A DNA stretch of 64,000 nucleotides, taken from the NCBI GenBank assembly GCA_949291945.1, contig CASEXH010000010.1, forward strand, positions 44,482-108,481. Direction: 5' to 3'. Every line of letters starts with the position of its first letter. The first letter of the stretch is position 1. The translations under genes were made by a program, and so were the position numbers. This DNA comes from an uncultured Bacillota bacterium. GTDB taxonomy: Bacteria > Bacillota > Clostridia > Lachnospirales > Lachnospiraceae. Of this stretch, positions 8,823 through 18,918 are shown piece by piece. The notes under the pieces are model-generated. The model was not told where the DNA came from, ran no database searches, and saw nothing but the letters and a program-made list of their open reading frames with translations.

Positions 8823-9245
8823 CTATTTTTCCTCTGCACTGTCCAGGATTTCTATCAGTCCCCTGTCGGCATCCACCAGAATTCTGTCGCCGTCTTTTAC
8901 CTCCTCATAGAAGGCGGGATCCACCCGATCTACCATAGGAATTTCCATGATGATAGCGCTGGATACCAGTACAGTTTCCGGATACTGGATGATCATGGCA
9001 GCCGGAGAATTGTTTTTCTGGTTTAACTGATAAAGTCCGTCTGCCTGTACTACAGAGCTTCCCTTGCCTCCGGGAAAAATCAATACTTTATGGGCTACGG
9101 ATTTTCCTTCCAGATCATGGGCTTTCTCTATAACCTTTCCTGTAGCCGGATCTATGAGATAAAACATGATATTGTCTTTTGACACAACTGCCTCTGCTTC
9201 CGCTCGTCCCTCTGAAATCTTATGACATTGAAATACTTTTCCCAT
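8823..9245 (-). CDS. Aconitase X small (swivel) subunit, DUF126
   Basis: Motifs GRAEAEAVVS, GKSVAHKVLIFPGGKGSS and SAIIMEIPMVD; adjacent to the large subunit. Confidence 0.9.
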   Translation of the reverse strand: MGKVFQCHKISEGRAEAEAVVSKDNIMFYLIDPATGKVIEKAHDLEGKSVAHKVLIFPGGKGSSVVQADGLYQLNQKNNSPAAMIIQYPETVLVSSAIIMEIPMVDRVDPAFYEEVKDGDRILVDADRGLIEILDSAEEK

Positions 9246-9246
9246 C

Positions 9247-10455
9247 TTATTTTACCTCCCCTGTAAGTGCTGCCTGTATACATGTATCAAGGTCCCGTAT
9301 AACAAAATGGATACCTCTCCGCTGAGGATAGTAGGCGCATTTCGGTGATTCTGTGATACCCACCTTTCCTGTAAGATGTCTCCAGCAAGGCTGATCCGGG
9401 CAGCTGTCCGGCACGATAAATCCTCCTGCATCAGTAATGATCTCATCCAGCCCCATCCGGACTGCCATCTCTTTCACATGACTGGAGGTCAGGATCCACA
9501 TTTCTTTTTTCAACGTTTTCCCTTCTACTCGTTCCGCAATATATTTCACTTCTTCCAGAGTAAAATGAGGACAGCCAAACATTGCAAAATCAATTTCCCG
9601 GTTTCCTTCCAGTGAAATTTCTTTCAGGATTTCTTCTTTATCCTCATTGGTGATCACTACTTTTCGTACAGGTTCTTTCCCCCCGAAAGCCGTCTCAAGA
9701 TCCGGTGCTTCCGGAGTATAGCCTACGATATGATACATTCCATAGGCACCTGAAGTATTTAACTGAGCTCCCAGATTTCTCAGAGCCTCTTTTGTAATAG
9801 TTTCCTTTGGAAAACCGGTAAACACCGGAACTCCCTCGCCGATCTTCTTCCCCAGCATACCAATCATATGATAGTCGAAGGGGGTTTTTACATCGGCCTG
9901 TATCTCTACCAGGACAGTTCCTCTTCTGTTTTCGTCCAGAAGCAGCCCGTATTCCGGCACATATCCGGTTATAGCCGCACACAGAGCGCTGTTTGCCCCT
10001 TCCCGGTTGGTCCTGGCCCCCCAGACAGCATTTGCGTAGGGCGTTGCGCTGGATTCTGAAAAAGCGATCACCTCTTTATAATTTGGCACATTTGTATCTA
10101 TGTAGGGCGTACAGTTGTAACTAAGCTGAGCCCCCAGAGCTTTATAGGCATTGTGGGTGCGCTGCATCAAGTCTGCAAATTCCGGTGCGACCATATTTCT
10201 GTTTTTAAAAAATTCCAGACAAAATCCCGGATTCACTGTAGGAGTCACACGACATCTGGCGCCCCCTTCCAGCATTTTTTCTGCAAACCACAGATCTGCT
10301 TCCTGATTTGAAAGTGCAACATGAGCTCTGGTGATAGGCACCATCCGCTCTGCACCGAAGGATTCTCCGATGGCCACCTGGATCTTCATAGCATAGGCAG
10401 TTCCTTTTCCATATTTTCCGTCCAGCATATCCTGCTGATGTTGTGTAAGCTCCAT
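9247..10455 (-). CDS. Aconitase X catalytic (large) subunit, DUF521
   Basis: Motifs TPTVNPG, YNCTPY, AFSESSA, WGARTNREG, ALCAAITG, FGCPH and DSC. Confidence 0.92.
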   Translation of the reverse strand: MELTQHQQDMLDGKYGKGTAYAMKIQVAIGESFGAERMVPITRAHVALSNQEADLWFAEKMLEGGARCRVTPTVNPGFCLEFFKNRNMVAPEFADLMQRTHNAYKALGAQLSYNCTPYIDTNVPNYKEVIAFSESSATPYANAVWGARTNREGANSALCAAITGYVPEYGLLLDENRRGTVLVEIQADVKTPFDYHMIGMLGKKIGEGVPVFTGFPKETITKEALRNLGAQLNTSGAYGMYHIVGYTPEAPDLETAFGGKEPVRKVVITNEDKEEILKEISLEGNREIDFAMFGCPHFTLEEVKYIAERVEGKTLKKEMWILTSSHVKEMAVRMGLDEIITDAGGFIVPDSCPDQPCWRHLTGKVGITESPKCAYYPQRRGIHFVIRDLDTCIQAALTGEVK

Positions 10456-10479
10456 TTGATTACCTCCTGTAAAATTTTT

Positions 10480-10860
10480 CTATAATTTCACAATGGCTCC
10501 TACTTCTATTTTCATACCTCCCCACAGTTCCAGGGCAACGCCGCTTCTGGCCGGAGGGCATTCTGTTCCGAAAAACTCTTCGTAAATTTCATTCATAGCG
10601 TCAAAGTCTTTCATGGTAGACAAAAACACATCGCATTTCACCACATCCTCCATAGAAGCTCCCAGCTCTTCCACAATCAATTTCAGATTGCCAAGGGCTC
10701 TCCTTGTTTCTTCCTGGATGGTTCCATGGATGATTTCTCCCGTTTCAGGATCCAGGGCGATCTGACCCGAAACAAAAGCAAATCCCCCTGCTATAGCTAC
10801 CTCTGCCACCGGACCGCCAAAAACTTTCATTCCTTTAGGGGTAAATACTTCTTTTTTCAT
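10480..10860 (-). CDS. RidA/YjgF/UK114-family protein
   Basis: Motifs FVSGQIALDP, VVKCDVFL, DFDAMNEIY and PPARS. Confidence 0.92.
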   Translation of the reverse strand: MKKEVFTPKGMKVFGGPVAEVAIAGGFAFVSGQIALDPETGEIIHGTIQEETRRALGNLKLIVEELGASMEDVVKCDVFLSTMKDFDAMNEIYEEFFGTECPPARSGVALELWGGMKIEVGAIVKL

Positions 10861-11025
10861 CTTACAAGACTCCTTTCATTTTTTCTGTCAATGTCTTTAC
10901 TATATTTTTATCAGGTTCTTGTCGGAAAACTGTCTGACCGGAAGGATTTTTTATCCTGAGAAAAAGGAAGCAGCCTTTTTCCCAAAAAAAGACTGGTGCA
11001 TAAACTGCATCAGCCTTTTTATTTT

Positions 11026-13908
11026 TTATTCTTCTAATCTTTTCAGCTCTTCTCTCAGGAAATCACTGCCAAGCCTTTTTGCTAGCTTCTCAGAAATTTC
11101 TCTATGTTTTGCCCCCTCTTCTGCATCTCCTGCGGCTTCCAGAACAATTCCGATACACCGCTCTGCTTTCGCCTCTCCCCAGACAGAGCCTACTTTTGCA
11201 AAATATTCTTTAGCTATATATGCATATTGCTCCGCTTTTTCAAACTCTCCCAGATGATACAGAGCAAAGCTCATATCTGAGTAAAAAATCCCTGTCTCTC
11301 CGTATATTTTGTATTCCTCTCCCAGATGGATGGCCTGTTCCAGATATCCGCAGGCCTCCTGCCATTTTTTTTGCCGTATATAGCACAGTCCCATATTGTG
11401 ATAACAAGCAGAAAGCTCCTTTAAATATTTCGCCTTTTTTTCCTCTCTGCCGCCCAGGTAATTAATAGCCTCCTGGTAAAGTTTTTCCGCTTCTGCATAC
11501 TCACCGTTCTTTACCTTGGAAGTTGCCAGATAGCGCAGCAGCATACATTCCTCTTCTATGTGATGATGGGTGCAGTCTTTCATAAATATCATGCAGGTAT
11601 CGATAACATCCTGCATAAAGCCATTCTGTCCGGTCAGATCTCCGTACAAAATCAGCTGCAGATAATTATAAAACATATAGTCTCTGTCCTGCAGTTCTCT
11701 TGCCAGTTCCAGGCTTTTTTCCACATGTTTCTTTCCCTGGCTGCTGTCTGCTACAAACATTTCATATCTTCCCAGCAGATACTCTATGCGCATACGTATG
11801 GGGGCAAGCTCTGGCTTCTCCTCCTGCTGTTCTTTGATTTCCTCTGCCAGAAGTACCAGTTCATCCTCACGGGCATAATAACCGTCTATATTTCCGCTGA
11901 AGACAGCTTTTCTCGCCAGCATAGGATATAGAGCATATGTAATAGTATAAAAAGGTTCCAGGTATTTGACTTTATACTCATATGTTTTATATAAATTTCC
12001 GCACTGTTCATAATGATACAAAACCAGAGAACAGATTTCCAGATCCGGAGTTTCTCTGTATCTTTCTTCATAAAACCGTGCGATATAAGCATGATACATA
12101 TTCCTTTTTTCTTCAGACAGAGATTTGTATACATACTCATGAAGGATCTGATGGCGGAATCCATACCGAATTTCTCCTTTTGACCATTTTTCACAGAGGA
12201 TCTTTTTCTCCAGCAATGGCTCCAGGATCTGCCGCAGCTGTCCGTCTTCCAGGCCGAAAATCTGGTTGATCTCCTGAAGAGACGCCGGAAGAGAAAAAAT
12301 AGACAGAATATCCAGTAGTGTACGCTCCCGTCTGGACAATCTGAGAAGACGGCTTTGGAGCACATTGGAGGTTTTGTCAGTAAAGCCTTCCCAGGCATCC
12401 CCTTCATCAAAAAGCCGCAGAGATTCCATAAAAAACAAAGGATTTCCCTGGGTCTTTTCATATATTTCCCGGGCCAGTACAGGATCTTTCTCCAGGCCGC
12501 TTCCTGACTGGCTGATGATTTCCTGTGTTTCCGCAAAAGTAAAAGGCTTCAGGATGATTTCTTTTAAAAGGCCCCTGCCGATCAGAGGGATCTTGAAATT
12601 TTTTATAGCATCTCCATCCTCTTCTCTGTATGCGGCCATGACCAGAAGATTTCCATGGCCCATACGAAATAAAAGATTACTCATAAGACGTACGCTCATT
12701 GGATCCATCCACTGGATATCGTCAATGAGCAGAAGAATCTTCTTATTCCGGAAATTTTTAGATAAATATCGGAAAACCGACTCTGTTAAAACTTCAAACC
12801 TGGTCATCAGAAAACGAAGATCCGTATCTGTGTGATTCTGAAGTATATCAATGGGGGAGTCTACCGTCAGTCCATTTATTTTGCAGTATTCTGCCACAGC
12901 TTCCATAATGCCGTACCAGGCCATCAAATAGAGCTCTTTTTCTGTCTCGCAGCAGTTCCAGGAAAAGACCAGATAATCTGACTTTTCAAACATCCTGTGG
13001 ATCTGCTCCAGCAGCATACTTTTCCCAATACCCGGCTCACCGGTTATCAGGTAAGATACCTGGCTTCTTTCATCACTTTCTTCATTAGCAAAGACCTTGA
13101 AATAAATATCATAGAGGATATCTGTCCTTCCGAAAAAATAATCTTTTGTCTTTAGATCAGGAAGTTTCAGACTCTTCTTCATGCCTGAAATCTTCTCAAA
13201 AAGATTTTTTGTCTCTTCTTCCGGCTCTTCTCCCACTTCTTTTTTCAAAAACTCTCTCAGTTTCTGATAAAGCTCTACAGCAACCGAATATCTGCCGGCT
13301 TCTGCCATTTTCTTCATAATGCAGCGGTAGATCTCCTCGTCCATCCATTCCTGCTGCAAGAATATCCGTCCGCTTTCTTCCAGAAATTCCGGTTCTTCTC
13401 CTGGTTTCAACTCCATGATCTTCAGCTGCAGAGCTTTTATATAATCCCGTCTGCGCCTGAGTCTTTCGCCCTCTGCCCAATCCTCAAATTCATAGCAGTT
13501 TTTCACATAAAAAAACTGCAGAAATTCTCCTCTGACTTTTTCCAGCAAGTTTTCTCTTGTATCCTGTTCAATATCAATGCTGATATCTCTTTCCCTGTTC
13601 AATGCGATCCTGCTGTTTCCCTCTATAATAAGAATATCCTGTCCCAAAACCTTTCGTATATTATAAAGAGCATCTCTTAAGTTCTTTCTTGCAGTAGTTT
13701 CGCTGGAATCTGCCCATAAAACTCCAATAGCCTGGGTCCTGGTTATCTGATTATTTACACACAGGTAATAGAACAGGCCTTCAACCTTTTGATAGGGAAA
13801 ACTAACCTCCTCGCCTTTATGCCGAACCGCAGGAGTACCCATAAGCCAGACTTCTACGTCATGTTGCCATTTCTGTTCTCCTCTCTGAGATGTGTATTCT
13901 GTATTCAT
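11026..13908 (-). CDS. Large SARP/STAND-type activator (wHTH-BTAD, AAA ATPase, TPR sensor)
   Basis: N-terminal LRDALYNIRKVLG and BTAD region, Walker A GEPGIGKS, Walker B LLIDDIQW, GNPLF motif and C-terminal TPR-like helices. Confidence 0.85.
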   Translation of the reverse strand: MNTEYTSQRGEQKWQHDVEVWLMGTPAVRHKGEEVSFPYQKVEGLFYYLCVNNQITRTQAIGVLWADSSETTARKNLRDALYNIRKVLGQDILIIEGNSRIALNRERDISIDIEQDTRENLLEKVRGEFLQFFYVKNCYEFEDWAEGERLRRRRDYIKALQLKIMELKPGEEPEFLEESGRIFLQQEWMDEEIYRCIMKKMAEAGRYSVAVELYQKLREFLKKEVGEEPEEETKNLFEKISGMKKSLKLPDLKTKDYFFGRTDILYDIYFKVFANEESDERSQVSYLITGEPGIGKSMLLEQIHRMFEKSDYLVFSWNCCETEKELYLMAWYGIMEAVAEYCKINGLTVDSPIDILQNHTDTDLRFLMTRFEVLTESVFRYLSKNFRNKKILLLIDDIQWMDPMSVRLMSNLLFRMGHGNLLVMAAYREEDGDAIKNFKIPLIGRGLLKEIILKPFTFAETQEIISQSGSGLEKDPVLAREIYEKTQGNPLFFMESLRLFDEGDAWEGFTDKTSNVLQSRLLRLSRRERTLLDILSIFSLPASLQEINQIFGLEDGQLRQILEPLLEKKILCEKWSKGEIRYGFRHQILHEYVYKSLSEEKRNMYHAYIARFYEERYRETPDLEICSLVLYHYEQCGNLYKTYEYKVKYLEPFYTITYALYPMLARKAVFSGNIDGYYAREDELVLLAEEIKEQQEEKPELAPIRMRIEYLLGRYEMFVADSSQGKKHVEKSLELARELQDRDYMFYNYLQLILYGDLTGQNGFMQDVIDTCMIFMKDCTHHHIEEECMLLRYLATSKVKNGEYAEAEKLYQEAINYLGGREEKKAKYLKELSACYHNMGLCYIRQKKWQEACGYLEQAIHLGEEYKIYGETGIFYSDMSFALYHLGEFEKAEQYAYIAKEYFAKVGSVWGEAKAERCIGIVLEAAGDAEEGAKHREISEKLAKRLGSDFLREELKRLEE

Positions 13909-14066
13909 GCTTTCACCCTGACTTCCCGCTGCAATCTCTAATACATTCTCGTACTTTCATATGTAAAATACTATATCATAAAATAAGTACCTCTGCAAAG
14001 TCTAAAAAGCGTCGGAAACTTATTCCTCAGTTTCCATATATCCCTTTGATTTCGCCCAAAATCCTC

Positions 14067-14117
14067 TTGACCTGTATACCCCTATGGGTATATTATACAT
14101 ATACCCCCATATGTATA
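14067..14117 (+). promoter_or_regulatory. Promoter with two tandem palindromes (CsoR-type operator)
   Basis: TTGACC -35 at 14067. Palindrome TATACCC-CTAT-GGGTATA at 14075-14092 and TATACATAT-ACCCCC-ATATGTATA at 14094-14117. Confidence 0.75.
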
Positions 14118-14138
14118 TTTTAAGAAAGAAGGAGCGCT

Positions 14139-16010
14139 ATGATTTCATCTATGAAAGACTTGTTTCTCAATGAAACAAAAAGAAGCATTTTATTTCTTGT
14201 GATCTCCGGTCTCTCTCTGCTGATCAGTTTTCTGGAGCCGGAAGGTATTCTTTTTAACACAGCCTGGATCGCCATTCTTCTCTGCGGGATCCCAATCATC
14301 AAAGAAGCCATAGAAGGCCTTGTCACACGGTTTGACATTAAAGCAGACGTATTAGTATCTCTGGCTCTGATCGCTTCAGTGATCATTGGAGAGATCTTTG
14401 CTGCCGGCGAAGTGGCTTTTATCATGCAGATCGGTTCTCTTTTAGAAGAACTTACTGTAGCCAAGGCAAGGGCTGGTATTGAAAAGCTGGTACACCTTAC
14501 CCCTTTAACTGCACGAAAGATCCTAAACGGCAAAGAAATCATCCTGCCGGCTAAAGAGGTGGCTGTCAATGATGTACTCCGGGTTCTTCCGGGAGAGACT
14601 ATCCCTGTAGACGGGGTAATCCTATCCGGAGAGACCTCCGTGGATCAGGCCGTTATGACAGGAGAATCTCTTCCGGTGGACAAAGGTCCGGGAGACGAGG
14701 TATCCAGCGGAACGGTCAACCAGTTCGGTTCTTTTGATATGAAAGCTTCCAGAGTAGGGGAAGACAGCTCTATCTGGCGGATGATCCGTCTGGTCCAGTC
14801 TGCTGATGCCGGAAAGGCCAAGATCGTAAGGCTGGCAGACCGGTGGGCCACCTGGATCGTGGTCATCGCTCTGACTGCCGCAGCTCTTACCTGGCTGATA
14901 TCCGGCCAGATCATCCGGGCTGTGACCATACTGGTAGTCTTCTGTCCCTGTGCCCTGGTACTGGCCACTCCCACCGCCATCATGGCGGCCATCGGAAATG
15001 CTACAAAGCATGGTTTCCTGGTAAGAGAAGGCGACGCTCTGGAGCGCCTGGCTCAGGTCTCTCAAGTTGCCTTTGACAAGACAGGAACCCTCACTTATGG
15101 AAAACCTCAGGTAGCGGCTGTAGAAAGTTTCTCACCGGATATTTCCTCTGAAAAACTATACCGTCTTGCCGCCGAAGCTGAGCTTCGTTCAGAACACCCC
15201 CTTGGCAAAGCAGTAGTCCAGGGATACAAGCAGTCTTATCCTGAAACCGCACCTGAAGCTCCCCAATCCTTTTCCATGCTCCCGGGCAAAGGCGTAAAAG
15301 CCATGGCAGATCACGTGGAGGTGCTGGCAGGCAATCCCTCTCTCCTGGAGGAGAATCAGATTTCCATACCTCAAAAAGCCCTGGATTCTGCAGCAGGCTA
15401 TATACAAAAGGGCTGCACTCTTATTTATCTGGGAATTGAAAAAAGGTTCGGAGGATTTGCGGCCCTTTGGGATACCCTGAGGGAAACTGCTCCTGAAATG
15501 ATCAGCAGGCTGAAACAGCTTGGCCTCACTCCCGTACTTATGACCGGGGATCATGAAAATGCTGCCAGGACCATTGCTGATCAGCTGCATATTGATAAAG
15601 TCCATGCCGGCTGTCTCCCGGAGGATAAGCTCAATTACATAGCCTCTTCCCAGGGAAAAAAAGAAATGGTATGTATGATCGGAGATGGCATCAACGATGC
15701 TCCTGCACTGAAAAAAGCCCATGTGAGCATTGCCATGGGCGGAGTGGGAAGTGATATTGCTGTAGACGCAGCCGACATTGCTCTGGTAAATGATGACATC
15801 AAGGAGCTTCCACATCTGGTTTCTCTGTCCAGAAAGATGATGACTACGATCAAATGCAATCTGGCATTCTCCATGACTTTGAATTTTGCAGCCATCATAC
15901 TGGCGATTACGGGGATCCTGAACCCCGTAGTAGGCGCTCTCGTCCACAATGCAGGATCTGTGCTGGTGATCATAAACTCCAGCCTGCTGCTGACCTATAG
16001 GAAAAAATAA
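14139..16010 (+). CDS. Heavy-metal-translocating P1B-type ATPase
   Basis: Motifs TGES, CPC, DKTGT, SEHP and GDGINDAP; no N-terminal metal-binding domain. Confidence 0.95.
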   Translation: MISSMKDLFLNETKRSILFLVISGLSLLISFLEPEGILFNTAWIAILLCGIPIIKEAIEGLVTRFDIKADVLVSLALIASVIIGEIFAAGEVAFIMQIGSLLEELTVAKARAGIEKLVHLTPLTARKILNGKEIILPAKEVAVNDVLRVLPGETIPVDGVILSGETSVDQAVMTGESLPVDKGPGDEVSSGTVNQFGSFDMKASRVGEDSSIWRMIRLVQSADAGKAKIVRLADRWATWIVVIALTAAALTWLISGQIIRAVTILVVFCPCALVLATPTAIMAAIGNATKHGFLVREGDALERLAQVSQVAFDKTGTLTYGKPQVAAVESFSPDISSEKLYRLAAEAELRSEHPLGKAVVQGYKQSYPETAPEAPQSFSMLPGKGVKAMADHVEVLAGNPSLLEENQISIPQKALDSAAGYIQKGCTLIYLGIEKRFGGFAALWDTLRETAPEMISRLKQLGLTPVLMTGDHENAARTIADQLHIDKVHAGCLPEDKLNYIASSQGKKEMVCMIGDGINDAPALKKAHVSIAMGGVGSDIAVDAADIALVNDDIKELPHLVSLSRKMMTTIKCNLAFSMTLNFAAIILAITGILNPVVGALVHNAGSVLVIINSSLLLTYRKK

Positions 16011-16109
16011 TTCTGGCCATCTGCCGGGGCTTTGGGCTGCAAAAAATACCGCCGGAAATTTACTAATACAATTCCCGGCGGCAGTACCTGTCCCAAAATA
16101 TATATCCGG

Positions 16110-16877
16110 TTATTTCCGGTTTTTCTGATAGATGATATACAGTCCCTTCAGCAGCAGGTTATCATCTAAAATCACTTTTCTCCGGCAATGAGGAACGATC
16201 CTTTTAGCCAGTCCGCCAGTAGCGACGACTGTAGCCGTCTCTCCCAGTTCTTCCTCCAGCCGGTCAATGATTCCGTCCATAGCTGCCGCTGCACTGTAGA
16301 TCACACCGCTTTTCATACATTCTGTTGTGTTCTTTCCAATAATGTGTTCCGGAGCCTCCAGGCTGATGCCGCCAAGCTGGGAAGCATGGGCCGTCAGAGA
16401 ATCCAAAGATACTCCGATACCCGGATAAATCATACCGCCAATATAGTTTTTATTCCGGTCAATAACACATACCGTATTGGCGGTACCCAGGTCAAAAATC
16501 AGCAAAGGCACCGGATATTCGGCAATCCCCGCCACAGAGTCCACCACCAGATCACTTCCCAGCTGAGCCGGGTTGTCAATCCGGATATTCAAGCCTGTCT
16601 TAATACCCGCTCCCACGATCAGGACTTCCTTTTTCAGTATTTTTTCTACTGCCAGCTTTGCCGCCCTGGTCACCTGGGGAACCACAGAGGAAATAATCCC
16701 TCCTTCCAGCTGTTCCTGCCGGATATGGTAAATGTCCAAAACATTTTTGATATCAATGGCATATTCCAGTTCTGTCTTGGTATGGACAGTGGAAAGGCGC
16801 TCCACAAACAGACATTCTCCCTTCTGGATACAGCCAATGACAATATTTGTATTTCCGATATCAATCGCTAAAATCAT
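16110..16877 (-). CDS. coaX: Type III pantothenate kinase
   Basis: Motifs LAIDIGNTN, SSVVP, GSDL, DLGTA and ATGG. Confidence 0.95.
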   Translation of the reverse strand: MILAIDIGNTNIVIGCIQKGECLFVERLSTVHTKTELEYAIDIKNVLDIYHIRQEQLEGGIISSVVPQVTRAAKLAVEKILKKEVLIVGAGIKTGLNIRIDNPAQLGSDLVVDSVAGIAEYPVPLLIFDLGTANTVCVIDRNKNYIGGMIYPGIGVSLDSLTAHASQLGGISLEAPEHIIGKNTTECMKSGVIYSAAAAMDGIIDRLEEELGETATVVATGGLAKRIVPHCRRKVILDDNLLLKGLYIIYQKNRK

Positions 16878-17562
16878 AAGTAAAACCTAATCTTTCCCTG
16901 ATATTCTTTTTCATCAGCACACGGCCGATAAAGAAGGTAAGGATCCCTGCCACAATGGCTTCAGGAACTCCATTGATTCCAATAATAGATAAGATGAATC
17001 CGTATACAGCCTGGACAGCCACCTCATTGGCCGCCGCATAAGCTTCTCTGAAAAACAGAAAGATCATGTTCATGACCAGCAAAGTATTCACCAGTGCGCC
17101 TGAAATTCCCGCCAGGATCAGTCCCAGATTGGAAACTCCCTTGCTTGTCCCGAACTTTTTCACTCCCTTGTAGACAAAGTAGGGAACCACTCCTACCAAT
17201 ATCCTGGGAACGAAGCAGATAAGGATGCTTCCGATCCCGCCGCTGAACTCTCCAAGATTATAAAAGGGTGTAAAAACAAAAGATGTGACGGTAGGGTTCA
17301 TCGTGTTGTTAATGAAGCTGGTAAGGCCGAAAAGAAATCCCAGACCCGCTCCTTTCTTTGGTCCCAGAAGCAGAGATGCCAGTATAACGGGGATGTGGAT
17401 AATCGTGGCTCTTGTAAATCCCAGAGGGATATATCCGAGAAAAGGGGTAAAAGCCATGATCACAATGATCGCCCCGAAAATGGCGGTCTGCACCATACTT
17501 CTGATCTGTCGTCTGTTATCTCCAGGCGTCCGCCTGGCTGCTGTGTTCTGATAATGATTCAT
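16861..17562 (-). CDS. panT: ECF transporter S component, pantothenate (PanT-like)
   Basis: Motif TPFLGYIPLGFTRATIIHIPV; located between coaBC and coaX. Confidence 0.8.
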   Translation of the reverse strand: MNHYQNTAARRTPGDNRRQIRSMVQTAIFGAIIVIMAFTPFLGYIPLGFTRATIIHIPVILASLLLGPKKGAGLGFLFGLTSFINNTMNPTVTSFVFTPFYNLGEFSGGIGSILICFVPRILVGVVPYFVYKGVKKFGTSKGVSNLGLILAGISGALVNTLLVMNMIFLFFREAYAAANEVAVQAVYGFILSIIGINGVPEAIVAGILTFFIGRVLMKKNIRERLGFTYDFSD

Positions 17563-17655
17563 AATTGCCTCCTTGTTATCGTTCTTTTTTGAGATACAAT
17601 ACTTTTGGCACAGAAATCTCTTTCTGCTCTTGTTCTTTAAGGTTCAGGCCTGATT

Positions 17656-18855
17656 TTACGCCTGTGCCATGTTCTTTAAAATCTGGTCCAGAATTTTTAA
17701 GGCTGCCTCCTCCTTTAACATTTTTTCAAGTGAAACTTCCTCATTTTCTGTGATCATGGTGATCACATTGGTATTTCCGGCAAATCCTGCTCCTTCTACC
17801 TTGAGATTGTTGGCCACGATCATGTCCAGATTTTTGTTTTTCAGTTTTTTCCTGGAATTTTCCAGCATATTCTCTGTCTCCATAGAAAATCCGCAGAGAA
17901 ACTGTCCCTGTTTCTTATGCTCTCCCAGATATTTGAGAATATCCCTGGTCCTTTCCATCTCCAGGGAAATATCCTCTCCCTGTTTCTTCACCTTTTCCTG
18001 GCTGACAGTTTTGGGCCGGTAGTCCGCCACTGCCGCTGCTTTGATGATAATATCCTGTTCTCCTGCACGGCTGGTCACTTCCTGGAACATATCCTCTGCA
18101 GTTACCACAGGAACCACTTCTACAAATTCCGGCGGCGTAATCGCTGCAGGACCCGACACCAGGGTAACCTGAGCCCCTCTCAGCATGGCCATCTTTGCCA
18201 GAGCATAGCCCATTTTCCCGGATGAATGATTGGTAATGTACCGCACCGGATCTATGGGTTCCTGAGTAGGTCCTGCAGTGACCAGAACCTTCTTTCCCTC
18301 CAGATTTTTCGGGAAAGCAATCTCCTTTAAGATATACTGGAGAAGCAGCTCCGGTTCCGGCATTTTGCCCTGACCGGTATCTCCGCAGGCCAGATAACCG
18401 GAAGCCGGACTGATCACCTCACAGCCATAGTGCTCCAGTGTCTTCAGATTATCCTGAACGATGGGATTCTCGTACATCTGGGTGTTCATAGCCGGCGCAA
18501 AGATTATTTTGCAGCGGCAGGCCATCACTGTGGTGGTCAGCATGTCATCGGCAATGCCATGGGCGATCTTCCCGATTATATTGGCCGAAGCCGGAGCCAC
18601 CATAACCACATCTGCTTTTTTTGCCAGTGCCACATGTTCCACATTGTACTGAAAGTTCCTGTCGAAAGTATCGATCAGGCACTTATTTCCCGTCAGAGTC
18701 TCAAAAGTAATGGGATTAATGAAGTTCTCTGCGTTTTTTGTCATCAGCACGTGTACGTCTGCATGAAGCTTTTTCAGGGCGCTGGCAAGGGAAGCGATCT
18801 TGTATGCGGCAATGCTTCCTGTCACTGCCAGCACAACTGTTTTACCTTTCAGCAT
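17656..18855 (-). CDS. coaBC: Phosphopantothenoylcysteine decarboxylase/synthase
   Basis: Motifs TGSIAAYK, PAMNTQMY, TAGPTQEPIDPVRYITNHSSGKMG and AAVADY. Confidence 0.97.
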   Translation of the reverse strand: MLKGKTVVLAVTGSIAAYKIASLASALKKLHADVHVLMTKNAENFINPITFETLTGNKCLIDTFDRNFQYNVEHVALAKKADVVMVAPASANIIGKIAHGIADDMLTTTVMACRCKIIFAPAMNTQMYENPIVQDNLKTLEHYGCEVISPASGYLACGDTGQGKMPEPELLLQYILKEIAFPKNLEGKKVLVTAGPTQEPIDPVRYITNHSSGKMGYALAKMAMLRGAQVTLVSGPAAITPPEFVEVVPVVTAEDMFQEVTSRAGEQDIIIKAAAVADYRPKTVSQEKVKKQGEDISLEMERTRDILKYLGEHKKQGQFLCGFSMETENMLENSRKKLKNKNLDMIVANNLKVEGAGFAGNTNVITMITENEEVSLEKMLKEEAALKILDQILKNMAQA

Positions 18856-18918
18856 AAATTTACCCCTTTTCCTTTTTTTGTGAACTGCCCGCTTGGGGCT
18901 GGTTCCGTTTCCGTTACA

